In this document: positions 37,201 through 44,086 of the stretch, in pieces | How the letters are laid out: each line of letters starts with the position of its first letter | How positions within the stretch are numbered: the stretch's first letter is position 1 | IMG/VR virus record: IMGVR_UViG_3300017909_002551 | Span: 1 to 57,394 of that record | Direction: 5' to 3' (one strand) | Length of the DNA stretch: 57,394 bases | DNA from: a virus | Translations under genes and position numbers: made by a program | The notes under the pieces: generated by a model | The model's input: the letters and a program-made list of their open reading frames with translations, nothing else | What the model was told of the DNA's origin: nothing | The model's database searches: none

Positions 37201-40200
37201 AATGGCTGAGTACCAAATTTCTGAAATAGACAGGGAGCTGGACAAGATATTTCCTGACCAAGGGTCAGCAGAACCTGTGTATGTCAAAGCAGATAATGTT
37301 GTTAAATTTGATGACGGCGCGACATACAACGTCCAAGAAAGCAGCCTGATTAATGCCATAGTAAACGACCTTATGAATCGGGATGTTGGTATTAGTCAGG
37401 AAGCCCTGAGTAAATCAGCTCAGTCAGCTCCTCTCGAAATGAATGGAACCGAGACTTACGCGTGGCTCAAATCATTAGTAGACCCAAGCGGAAAACGTCC
37501 GTCTCTGGCTGAGCGTGAGATACGGATGACGCTCAACAACATAGGTGTGGACGGTGCGACAGAGACTGTCGAAGGAAAGACCGCACTGGTTGTCTTCCAC
37601 AATGAAAACGTGCGGCCAGTTGATGATAACTACTTTGATGAAACATCAATAGACACAGAGATTGGGTTCGCATCAATGCCTGCCGTTCGTGCAGTCAACA
37701 CCGCATTCACGTCTACAGCATTTGAAGGTCTAACTCTTGGCCCGCAGCACGCTACATCTCTTGGTGTGGCGCTCGACCAAGCTGGAATGCCACCGTCGGC
37801 AACAAGTGGAATGGTCAAAATGACCAAGGGCAAAATACCTGATGCCCGAGAAGCTGGCGCTGTGCAGCGTCTTTGGAACAAGGGGTTCCTTGAGAACTCA
37901 GAACGTCTACGCAGAGAGGGGTTACACTGGTTTGCCGACTGGATATCGCCAGCCCGAGACTCTGGTACTGGGCACTTCGAGCGGATTAACGGCAAGACAG
38001 GGTCAATCCTTGTGCCCCTGTTCAAGCAGTTGCGCTCTCTAAAGGACAGCCCTGGAACACTAAACTCCTGGCTGCGCTCCCAAACGCAGTACACGTTTAT
38101 GCCAGAAAATTTCCGCGCTAAACAACCTGGGTCTCACAAAAAAATCGTGAACGCCTTGCGTAGACCAACAGGCAACCGCTTTGAGCAGAGCATGGATGCA
38201 GCCGAACTAGCTGCATACAAAAACATACGGGGTATCTTTGACCGTCTGCACGGTGAGATGAAAGCCCAGGGCATCATGATTGGGACAGTAAATAACTACT
38301 TCCCACAAGTGTGGAATGTAGAGAAGATACGTCAGAACGAAGATGCTTTCATGCAGTCTATGGCCAACTACTTCAAGCGTGAGGCCGAAGACCGCAACGT
38401 CTCCATCAATGACAATGAGGCCAAAGAAGCGGCTCGTCGAGTTATGGGCAACCTTATAGACGATGACGGCGTCTACACACCGCCGCCAACAGGCGGCAGC
38501 CGCGACGTGACTGGCGACCACATCGACTATCAGCGTCTTATCCGGCTGGACAAATTCGTTGAAGAGCTGGATGACGTTGGCCAATACCTTGAGGATGACC
38601 TTGAGGCCATCATGTCAAAGTATGTTGATGGCGCTGTCCGACGCATCGACTTCTCCGAGAAGTTCGGCCAGCAGTCTCATGGTTTCCACGATTACATGCT
38701 AGTTATCGAAGACTCTGGTGACATGACTGACTCGATTGCTCACCTACTCTCTACTGTGAAGGTGTCTAAGCGTGAGCTTCGTTCTTTCGAGAGCAACAGC
38801 AATGATGTCGTAGATGTTGGTAGCCTCGAGCGCATCACCCCCATGCCATTTGACGACAAAGTCATGGCAGTGTCAGCCGCGCGAGAAGCCATACAGCGTG
38901 CAGAAGAGGGGCCCAGTGCAATCAAAGACTATTTGATGTCCCTGGACACAAGCAATAACGACATCGACAGGGCGGTTTATGAAAAGCGCGTTGATGCCAT
39001 CACTGGCGCAATCATGGACAGGCAGGCTCTGGGAGCCCGCCCGCATGCAGACGTAGTAAAAGCCGCCAATGGCACGATGCGAGCAATCATGCGTAAGCCT
39101 GTAGATGCTTCTAGTCCGTTCTTCCAGGGCGCTCACGCGTTTTCCAAGAACATGCGTAACTTTAACTCGGTCACTTTGCTGGGCTTTACCACGCTGACAT
39201 CCTTGGGCGACCCTGCGTTGACCGCCATTCGTACTGGTAGCCTCAAGGCTTGGTCTCAGGGTATGGCTAAATACGCCTCAGACCCACACTACAGGGACTT
39301 CATTAGGTCTTCTGGGGTTGCCATCGAGAACATTGTGCACGAACGCATGACTGGCTTGTATGGGACAACGGCGTCTAAAAACACTGTTGCATTTTTTAAT
39401 GGCACGATGCTGACACCGTGGACAAACACTCAGCGAGAGATGGCTGGGGCTGTTGGTTATGAGTGGTTCAAGTCTGAGTTCAACAGAGCTATTACAAACT
39501 TCAACCCCAACGCTCCATTAGGTCAGCAAAACAGAACCTTCAAAGCAGCATATCGCGTGTTGCGGCGCTACGGTCTGGACGACCTTCTTGCACAGAACCG
39601 TCGTATCGACAATGTCAGTGACTTTAACGACATGCCCGAGCTTCGTTCTGCCATTAACAAATTTGCTAACGAGACGATATTTACGCCAAACCCAGACCAG
39701 CTTCCTTTGTGGAGCCAAACTCCTGTCGGCGCGATGATAGCCCAGCTCAAGTCTTATCCGCTCATGCTTCAACGACTGGTCGCTGACAGCATCAAGCAGG
39801 CCACGACCGTTGACCCTGTGACAGGCGGTGGACGTAGATTTGGTCCGCTACTCATGCTGGCTTCAGTAGCTCCGGCTGCTGGTGCAGGAACGCTGGCCGT
39901 TAAGGACGTTGTACAGAGGCGTGGCGAGGACGGAGACAACCTTCGTGAGCGCTCAGCACAGGACATGGCGGAGCGTCTTGGGTTCGACCCAGGTCTTCAC
40001 GGAGACGTAGACGCATTTCTTGGTTGGTATCTGGAAGGCTTTGTGATGCTCGGGGGCTTGGGTCTCTTGGCAGATATGATGTATCAGACTGCCGAGCAGG
40101 TTGACCAAGGCGGGGCTTACGGAGCCATGAGAACAGCGGGTGTTGTTGGCGGACCGTGGGTCGGAACACTATGGGCTGGATATGATGTTGTGTCTGGTGG

Positions 40201-40402
40201 ATGGGACGCCGCAATGAGAGGCGACGAAAACGGAACAGGCAAAGAAAGAGCTGCTGTCCGTGCTCTAGCTCAGCGCGTCCCTGTTGCTGGTGGCATCCGA
40301 ACATTGAGAGAAGGTGTGGTCGACGAGGTAGCAGGCGAGCCTACAAAACCAGGCAAAAAGTCGAGCTCTTGGTCGTCAAACTGGACTACTAAGTGGGATT
40401 AG
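31223..40402 (+). CDS. Giant (3,059 aa) virion/ejection polyvalent protein with zincin-like HExxH motif
   Basis: Uninterrupted 9.18-kb frame. Gly/Ala-rich hydrophobic segments near the N-terminus (GAAGLGQNILAAAMDPLNLVGFGAGGAAAKTAL...) and the C-terminus (GLGLLADMMY...VVGGPWVGTLWAGYDVVSGGW). Ala/Glu/Lys low-complexity region. LQTLLHEMAHWAY followed by PQEFFADQF. Last gene of the virion block. Confidence 0.75.
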   Translation: MAQKFDNNFNTDLFSFDEDVSNVSSYDSSTLSTATGLDAFRDPRFIAELREYYANKGDYFNNDADLIDAFYSDQTWGAMNTGSLAKDIGEAYTSSDRQVTLMRRMKEVYDSTPNFYEEGGRGAAGLGQNILAAAMDPLNLVGFGAGGAAAKTALRAGASTGNVLGAAAKAGAKAEALAGGITEGAFNTLEQVRDKQIGLQDEFSFGRLAGATALGTAAGGALGAGFGALGAGFQAGTRGMDIPGSFTIGRENARLKALDYSDEDIAMMPQEYVKKVLKTDLSRAENVDFQQMDAQAQAEATGAGQEGATGQADGDAAQTQAQEIEDANRTGIDVGRTINIEAIDRELARLADDLRENLENPTVRQEINDQINAFEEMRQLGQRMNNHRSEIAEGLESNDTAKINRAKARLTELNNLRALYDQAIENNDPGIIARIKKAEAEYAAKKAKEEEAAAKAATADAAKAAPAAEAPAADADAQKPASLDDFQFTGDKTKAKAEAAGLTAEDFANESPSGRNGKFNAKDIRRIAKAKGTEPGATPAEAEAALPEEAEAVPADIIYRSENQRKSMTKMLDDAGMDEDDLRALIANGQLKVREDGVTLTTEATKQLRTLTKDARDKNISDEKLFGQAIDALEPIRERLGEEKFMAILQHEPRVIREILRKSDPKGADALMDAVERVLAEDGLQSSVRLTKTQRRRSKIIKDNLIANNPGMSDDVAQAIADGRALAESFQPKPAAKSEMTGTLGDAPVETTAGRTNRGRLQSFLRGNTPIGDGRTVIGRAPMVIRGTEGESQRAGVIYGADQAVAFAEKEILKDFVDPDGVTRSRLEQDLSPVRYVSTGGEEIFGGAATTKSLPNNRKQIQREKAQKGKPYFYDPVTKKFYRDEALMRYMRGEAEKAPGKDVNIDEPSMPERQRLAEIASSFVDEHQDIDRLIAELTNVDTVRVAREAKGNVPDVPNIDADGKILALRPKDPEKPIRVISQKQLQSGADINTLLGKSDINDFEVGYVDGSSTYGTKLAESSFEPFTPGANAPTRAFISSYEASKIPVEIDEGDLSAILTMAETVPLGERGQNPFKILEKLKQGDLNKQKVDEILRATEMYIGWPLSRKQTNVIDFVRALHEFRNKYVPEEIRLPTEALKESQKQLKIHTVNFTASEKREARRLLEVLSGAGKGSPKFADTTILSGFGTANGEYSITGNTIKLASEMVNTEHPRLQTLLHEMAHWAYANVLSNEDRLLFWDGMQKYWDNKGTLYDDVLNMNVPDKALSTAIGIRKKIRTPQEFFADQFMIWATQERLAPKFRDVAYYEGMSQFVSPQWWSTIARYLRNIVDQMLDPNKVDQDLVPLFSKIMPDPERAIAAQEGVVAPTSEGGAALMRRMVDYQLTMDDLQEALDIESPEGIINHALYLADRLKGQSGGTQTRPFRLMASTNGLARTLSKRIYEAAEIPKDVVDSGDMDAFLRTDEFISSMERRAERVVRALDGITDGETEGQAMSAFEIIDTIISQGRKKYNSLKAEETNILSDLSLAPRKKEHPYRKKQRFIGANAKRRRKADKKKARSEAQAVQQVNEIDVTETATVEIEATFSPRTAPTDKLQKVFEENKNDYGRHIGMELLRRTRAEVQDPSLVQIEVTDPMVSEAMNREVTFTVGVDKDSVTPSGPFALREAQNALSQRVPVISHGMKTMYARINMLSGAEQGETTVGLLNAIGGNYESARVPEIFMGDYNSDAFKSARSRLRNMAVAMEGGDDSVVDNLIDFLIGSEMLVIKDEVAASMGVETAEQVVNILKSSMRKNPADLDFGDAADVLVEQVSENIAYITNGLMPNGLKEKFPMIDRYGDVFTPPEASFSSLPGRSDTIRARMSTPMASEFAMDSFASSSPGRKNAILNFVGNGVGGGDTPVPYFGSRVSGGVVSPVKTGFGRAKRVFLSANDADERANLTAEQVSEAMAGQPSEATEDVLNLLESRARYQELSAKMRDRAEQGNSDVFSAEAEMAEYQISEIDRELDKIFPDQGSAEPVYVKADNVVKFDDGATYNVQESSLINAIVNDLMNRDVGISQEALSKSAQSAPLEMNGTETYAWLKSLVDPSGKRPSLAEREIRMTLNNIGVDGATETVEGKTALVVFHNENVRPVDDNYFDETSIDTEIGFASMPAVRAVNTAFTSTAFEGLTLGPQHATSLGVALDQAGMPPSATSGMVKMTKGKIPDAREAGAVQRLWNKGFLENSERLRREGLHWFADWISPARDSGTGHFERINGKTGSILVPLFKQLRSLKDSPGTLNSWLRSQTQYTFMPENFRAKQPGSHKKIVNALRRPTGNRFEQSMDAAELAAYKNIRGIFDRLHGEMKAQGIMIGTVNNYFPQVWNVEKIRQNEDAFMQSMANYFKREAEDRNVSINDNEAKEAARRVMGNLIDDDGVYTPPPTGGSRDVTGDHIDYQRLIRLDKFVEELDDVGQYLEDDLEAIMSKYVDGAVRRIDFSEKFGQQSHGFHDYMLVIEDSGDMTDSIAHLLSTVKVSKRELRSFESNSNDVVDVGSLERITPMPFDDKVMAVSAAREAIQRAEEGPSAIKDYLMSLDTSNNDIDRAVYEKRVDAITGAIMDRQALGARPHADVVKAANGTMRAIMRKPVDASSPFFQGAHAFSKNMRNFNSVTLLGFTTLTSLGDPALTAIRTGSLKAWSQGMAKYASDPHYRDFIRSSGVAIENIVHERMTGLYGTTASKNTVAFFNGTMLTPWTNTQREMAGAVGYEWFKSEFNRAITNFNPNAPLGQQNRTFKAAYRVLRRYGLDDLLAQNRRIDNVSDFNDMPELRSAINKFANETIFTPNPDQLPLWSQTPVGAMIAQLKSYPLMLQRLVADSIKQATTVDPVTGGGRRFGPLLMLASVAPAAGAGTLAVKDVVQRRGEDGDNLRERSAQDMAERLGFDPGLHGDVDAFLGWYLEGFVMLGGLGLLADMMYQTAEQVDQGGAYGAMRTAGVVGGPWVGTLWAGYDVVSGGWDAAMRGDENGTGKERAAVRALAQRVPVAGGIRTLREGVVDEVAGEPTKPGKKSSSWSSNWTTKWD

Positions 40403-40553
40403 TCTTTTTCTGAATAAGGATGGAGCCATCCTCCTTTTTAATAAAGACCAAGGTATCTCCGTCTTTCCAGTCTAAGTCGTCAAGAAGGTCGCTTAGGTCA
40501 AGGAAAATACCGTCGGGGGTTTCCCTGACGTCTGCATGCCAAATCCTAATCAT
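40389..40553 (-). CDS. AbrB/SpoVT(MazE)-like small protein (54 aa), not in the ORF track
   Basis: Hand translation: MIRIWHADVRETPDGIFLDLSDLLDDLDWKDGDTLVFIKKEDGSILIQKKTNPT. The ATG overlaps the upstream TGA (ATGA). Its 3' end overlaps the giant gene by 14 nt, convergently. Confidence 0.4.
   Translation of the reverse strand: MIRIWHADVRETPDGIFLDLSDLLDDLDWKDGDTLVFIKKEDGSILIQKKTNPT
40417..40439 (+). terminator. Possible terminator after the giant gene
   Basis: AGGATG-GAGC-CATCCT then CC and T5. It lies inside the small convergent ORF. Confidence 0.35.
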
Positions 40554-40804
40554 TTGGTTAAGGCTTTATCTAGCGCACCCACATAGCCAGCTATGTCAAC
40601 AAGGCTGTCCTTGTGCATAGGGGTCTCAACGGTGCGAGCAACCTTGAGCAATATCATCATCATGGCAACGTCTTGAACCTCTATTGAGAACCCCAAGTAA
40701 GAAGTCCACATCTCAGCGATACGTTTCAGATTTTCTCGGGGATGACCGTATTTTTCGCCACGCTCATCAATAACTCTAATTGCCTCTTGCAGTATATCAG
40801 TCAT
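40550..40804 (-). CDS. Conserved helical phage protein (84 aa), possibly nucleotide-pyrophosphohydrolase-like
   Basis: Start trimmed to MTDILQEAIRVIDERGEKYGHPRENLKRIAEMW...VAMMMILLKVAR...HKDSLVDIAGY (GGAG RBS). The pattern resembles a DUF family I recall from phages. Confidence 0.4.
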   Translation of the reverse strand: MTDILQEAIRVIDERGEKYGHPRENLKRIAEMWTSYLGFSIEVQDVAMMMILLKVARTVETPMHKDSLVDIAGYVGALDKALTK

Positions 40805-41072
40805 AGCCGTACTCCAGTTCTGCTTTGAGACGTTCTTTTTCAGTCTCAAGTTCCTGTCTCTCAATGCGGACTTCTGTCAGCCGCTCTCTTGTGTGACGGC
40901 GTTTGTCGACCACCTTGATAAGCGCGTCCCCACCGTTCCGCTGTTTGTTTAGCTGGGTGATGCGCTCATTCATGCTCTCGACTTGGTGAGCCAGCTCGAT
41001 TTCTTCGCACTGAACTTCGCCAAGAGAGCCCAGAATTTCGTCCAGCCTCACGAGTTTTTCCATTCTCGTCAT
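40797..41072 (-). CDS. Coiled-coil protein (91 aa)
   Basis: ORF track. Overlapping coupling with both neighbours. Confidence 0.5.
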   Translation of the reverse strand: MTRMEKLVRLDEILGSLGEVQCEEIELAHQVESMNERITQLNKQRNGGDALIKVVDKRRHTRERLTEVRIERQELETEKERLKAELEYGYD

Positions 41073-41896
41073 AGTGCTTTCTCCATTTCGATACGTTCCC
41101 AGTCGTCACATGGGTCCGTACATAGTTTCTTGTGGAGCATGCACTTCCATCCCCCGTCTTCATGCGCACGTGCATGGGTGCACGTGCGGCACAAGCGGGG
41201 TATGTCAGCGTCCTGCTCGTTAGTCCAACACAGGGCTTCTCTGTCACACCAGGTACATGGAAATTTTCCACGCTCTTTACGTAGACGTACTGCGCTACCC
41301 GAAAGAACTCTATTCACCTTGTCGACGATAAACGCGTAATCAAGCTCGTCATACTCAACAACTTCACACGCATATTGAGAGTTGTTTTTGTTGTATGCGA
41401 TGAACAGGCATTCTTTGAGATTTCCACTCATGCCCATCATCATTTGCATCTGGTCGTAGTACGTCTTGTTGGCGGATTTTATGCCCTTCTTGACAAACTC
41501 GTTGTGCTTCTTGTCATTCATACTCTTGATTTCAAGAAGTGAAAGTCTGCCAAGGTTTAGGTCAATCATACCATCAGCGTGGGCTTTGACATGACCACCT
41601 ATATCTTTCCACTCGAATTGTTTGCCAGTGAAGTCATCCTTCTCCATCACGTGATAGCCAGCTTTTTTGAGATGTTTGACCACCAAGTCTTCAATGACGT
41701 GACCAAGCTGGAATATGCGGAGAACATTGGGCGGAAATGGCTTCTTCGGATAACCGCGAAGACCCATCTGCAAGTAGCCCTCACACTCATTGCCAATCAT
41801 ACTGGCACCGAGGTAAGCGCGCTGTTCTTTATCGTCCTTCTCAGACGCGTCAATTTTTTCGACTATTTCGTCCATGATGAAAATGGGGAGAAGCAT
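41069..41896 (-). CDS. PD-(D/E)XK exonuclease (YqaJ/Cas4-like) with Cys-rich C-terminus
   Basis: HADGMIDLN...LLEIKSMNDKKH (D...ExK). C-terminal cysteines CTWCDREALCW...CRTCTH...WKC...CTDPC. Confidence 0.7.
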   Translation of the reverse strand: MLLPIFIMDEIVEKIDASEKDDKEQRAYLGASMIGNECEGYLQMGLRGYPKKPFPPNVLRIFQLGHVIEDLVVKHLKKAGYHVMEKDDFTGKQFEWKDIGGHVKAHADGMIDLNLGRLSLLEIKSMNDKKHNEFVKKGIKSANKTYYDQMQMMMGMSGNLKECLFIAYNKNNSQYACEVVEYDELDYAFIVDKVNRVLSGSAVRLRKERGKFPCTWCDREALCWTNEQDADIPRLCRTCTHARAHEDGGWKCMLHKKLCTDPCDDWERIEMEKAL

Positions 41897-41954
41897 TAGC
41901 GTTATGGCAACTATTGCTTCTCCCCTACCTCTCTAAGCCAAAGGGATAAAAGTC

Positions 41955-42488
41955 CTAGAAAGGTATTGCATCGTCGAGTCCGCCAGTTTTGACGGTGGGA
42001 GTCCCTGACGATGATTTTTCTACACTCATTTGTGGGGTAGGCTCTGTCTCGCCCAACTCAACCTTGCCATCGAGCGCAAAGTAAGCGCCATTGTTTCGCG
42101 GCTGACCACCACCAGGACGGACATTCCCTTCACTGTCACGCCAGCTCTCGCCCTGTTCCACACGGACGCCAACCTTTAAGCCAACCAAAGACTTGATGTC
42201 ACCAGGCTGGTCTGGAGATGGATGCCCGCCAAACGTCAATAGGCTTTTAAGTCTTGCAAGCCCAATCTCTGTAGCCTTCTGGTTGGGATTGTGAACATTG
42301 ATGCGGTCAAGCACATACTGGCCATTGTCAGCCTCCAGCTTGACTTCGATATATTTACCGTTGCCCGCCTTGGTGGTCTTGATTTCCGCGCTTGAGATTT
42401 TTACTTCATGATTTCCTGGTCGTAGCGTGGCTCGACCGCCATCGGTCTCCACATTACCAAGGTCAAGTTTATCGAAACTCCAACTCAT
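41955..42488 (-). CDS. ssb: Single-stranded DNA-binding protein (DUF669-type)
   Basis: N-terminus MSWSFDKLDLGNVE...LRPGNHEVKISSAEIKTTKAGNGKYIEVKLE. Acidic tail ending GGLDDAIPF, like the SSB DDDIPF tail. Confidence 0.65.
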   Translation of the reverse strand: MSWSFDKLDLGNVETDGGRATLRPGNHEVKISSAEIKTTKAGNGKYIEVKLEADNGQYVLDRINVHNPNQKATEIGLARLKSLLTFGGHPSPDQPGDIKSLVGLKVGVRVEQGESWRDSEGNVRPGGGQPRNNGAYFALDGKVELGETEPTPQMSVEKSSSGTPTVKTGGLDDAIPF

Positions 42489-42497
42489 TATATGCTC

Positions 42498-43265
42498 CTA
42501 CTCTGCCGCTTTGAGTTTGCTGTCGTCGCTGTTGATACGCTTCAACAGCTCCACTACGTTGCCGCACTTCTCAACGGGCTTGAGGCGACCACGGGGGTCA
42601 CGCGTCTTGCCGTGCCAGCCACGAACTTCGTCCGTGATGATTTGTCGAGAGACGGTTACTGCTCCACTGCTTTCGTCAGTAGAGCGAAGACCACAGAAGA
42701 CGTGGTCAAAGAGTGCAGGTAGCTTCTTGGCTACCTTGGTTTGTGTCACCATCGGCCAGTATTCGATGGCGTCATTATCATTTTTTTCTTCCTTGGCGAG
42801 GCATGTAACTAAGATTTCGTAAGGAAGGTCACGAATAAACTTCAAAGCACCAATCATCTGACGCTCATAGTCTTGCCACTTACGCATGTCAGTCGGGTTA
42901 TCGAAGTCTTTTTCAACGTCAGACATGCACCTGTCAGACATCTCTGTCAGACTGTCTATGGCAATCCACTTGTAACCCTGCTTTTTGAACTCTTCAGAGC
43001 GAACCATCTGAACAATATCGCGAAAGCAATACTGTTCGTCTGTAAGCTCTGGATGATGCTTTCTGTCCCAGCCATGAAACTCGACGTAGTCGATGTCCAC
43101 ATCGGACAGAGAGGCGAGACCACTCTCACCAGATATGATTAGCCCTTTGCCATACTCTTCGGCATAGAACCTGCACTGGTAGGTTTTACCCCACCCGTGG
43201 TGGCCGTAGACCAGCGTCTTGTGATGCTGGGCTCCAGCAGAGGATGTTGAATTAAACATTCCCAT
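42498..43265 (-). CDS. Sak4-like RecA-fold ATPase (AAA_24-type)
   Basis: Walker A GHHGWGKT and Walker B WIAIDSLTE. Sits in the typical Sak4-SSB-exonuclease arrangement. Confidence 0.65.
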   Translation of the reverse strand: MGMFNSTSSAGAQHHKTLVYGHHGWGKTYQCRFYAEEYGKGLIISGESGLASLSDVDIDYVEFHGWDRKHHPELTDEQYCFRDIVQMVRSEEFKKQGYKWIAIDSLTEMSDRCMSDVEKDFDNPTDMRKWQDYERQMIGALKFIRDLPYEILVTCLAKEEKNDNDAIEYWPMVTQTKVAKKLPALFDHVFCGLRSTDESSGAVTVSRQIITDEVRGWHGKTRDPRGRLKPVEKCGNVVELLKRINSDDSKLKAAE

Positions 43266-43759
43266 TACGAACTCCTGTTAATATTTACTGCGGATTTTTG
43301 GGGGATGACGTTCAGGGCAGGGCGTAGCTCGTTCTGCTCGGCAGAGCTGAGCCTTTCCCACGTCCGTCGGTCTACGCTCAGACTTGTCTTCACGTGGTTC
43401 GGCAGGTTATTTGATTGAGCAAAAATTTCTGCCAGCTTTGCTGTATCCCAGCGGAACTGAGTACGGCGTTTCACTTTGACATCGAAGCCATATCCGCTCA
43501 TGACGATGTCAGAGTCTTCATTTTGTGCAACTCGCGTAGCGAGGTGACGCAGTTCATTGTCTGCGGCTTCCGATAGAGACTTCGCCTCTTCCAGTTTCTC
43601 GCGCGCCTTCACTGCTCGCTCTACAGTTTCTTCAAATTCTTCAGACTCAATCACCCAAACATTGCCATTCCTTTCCGCGTGCCAGGTTTTTACGGGCACG
43701 CCACTGATGGACGCAGTTTTGAATGTCGAGGTAGAAGTAGTCTTCTTACGTAACTTCAT
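43265..43759 (-). CDS. Hypothetical coiled-coil protein, first gene of the recombination operon (164 aa)
   Basis: Start set at the third ATG (MKLRKK), which has GAGGA upstream. The start is uncertain. Confidence 0.45.
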   Translation of the reverse strand: MKLRKKTTSTSTFKTASISGVPVKTWHAERNGNVWVIESEEFEETVERAVKAREKLEEAKSLSEAADNELRHLATRVAQNEDSDIVMSGYGFDVKVKRRTQFRWDTAKLAEIFAQSNNLPNHVKTSLSVDRRTWERLSSAEQNELRPALNVIPQKSAVNINRSS

Positions 43760-43778
43760 AGTCATCCTCATAATTAGC

Positions 43779-43807
43779 TTGATAGTGACACCTAAAGGTG
43801 TCATAAT
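43779..43807 (+). promoter_or_regulatory. sigma70-like rightward promoter TTGATA-17-CATAAT
   Basis: -35 at 43779-43784 and -10 at 43802-43807. The perfect palindrome lies in the spacer. It is 40 nt upstream of the Cro-like ATG. Confidence 0.5.
43786..43803. promoter_or_regulatory. Perfect palindromic operator TGACACC-TAAA-GGTGTCA
   Basis: 7-bp arms with a 4-nt spacer, in the divergent control region between 43759 (-) and 43847 (+). Confidence 0.6.
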
Positions 43808-43846
43808 TTCCATACAGTGTCAACAAACAATAACCAAAGGTGTGTA

Positions 43847-44086
43847 ATGTTATTCGACATCGCAAGGCTTATTGAAGACTGCGGCGGTGCCTCAGCTCTT
43901 GCCAAAAAGCTGGGTGTAGCTCGCACCACCCCATATCGCTGGGCACAACAGGGAATGGTTAGTAGCCGCATGCTCGTGCGGATTAAAGAAATCGAGCCGA
44001 ACGTAAATATTGATGATTACATAGTGCAGGGAGACACATATGAACTCGGACACAACTCTGAACGCCGCGCTGGAGTATCTGGATGA
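43847..44086 (+). CDS. Cro/YdaS-like HTH regulator (79 aa)
   Basis: MLFDIARLIEDCGGASALAKKLGVARTTPYRWAQQGMVSS. Start trimmed from the GTG at 43817 to the ATG at 43847. Confidence 0.65.
   Translation: MLFDIARLIEDCGGASALAKKLGVARTTPYRWAQQGMVSSRMLVRIKEIEPNVNIDDYIVQGDTYELGHNSERRAGVSG

Noticed and set aside
31331-40304. Numerous 60-170-aa ORFs on the antisense strand and in the off-frames of the giant gene (e.g. 34342..34851(-), 37630..38094(-), 36928..37359(-))
   Set aside because: They are embedded in a continuous 9.18-kb frame. They have no RBS or coupling and show biased Ser/Arg/Cys composition typical of antisense translation.
31223-40402. The idea that the giant protein is an N4-type virion RNA polymerase using the conserved hairpins as promoters
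   Set aside because: I could not find T7-like polymerase motifs (a clear motif A/C Asp pair or the motif B R..K..YG), nor a two-barrel DxDGD signature. The only clear catalytic motif is HExxH. It is kept only as a remote alternative in the hairpin finding.
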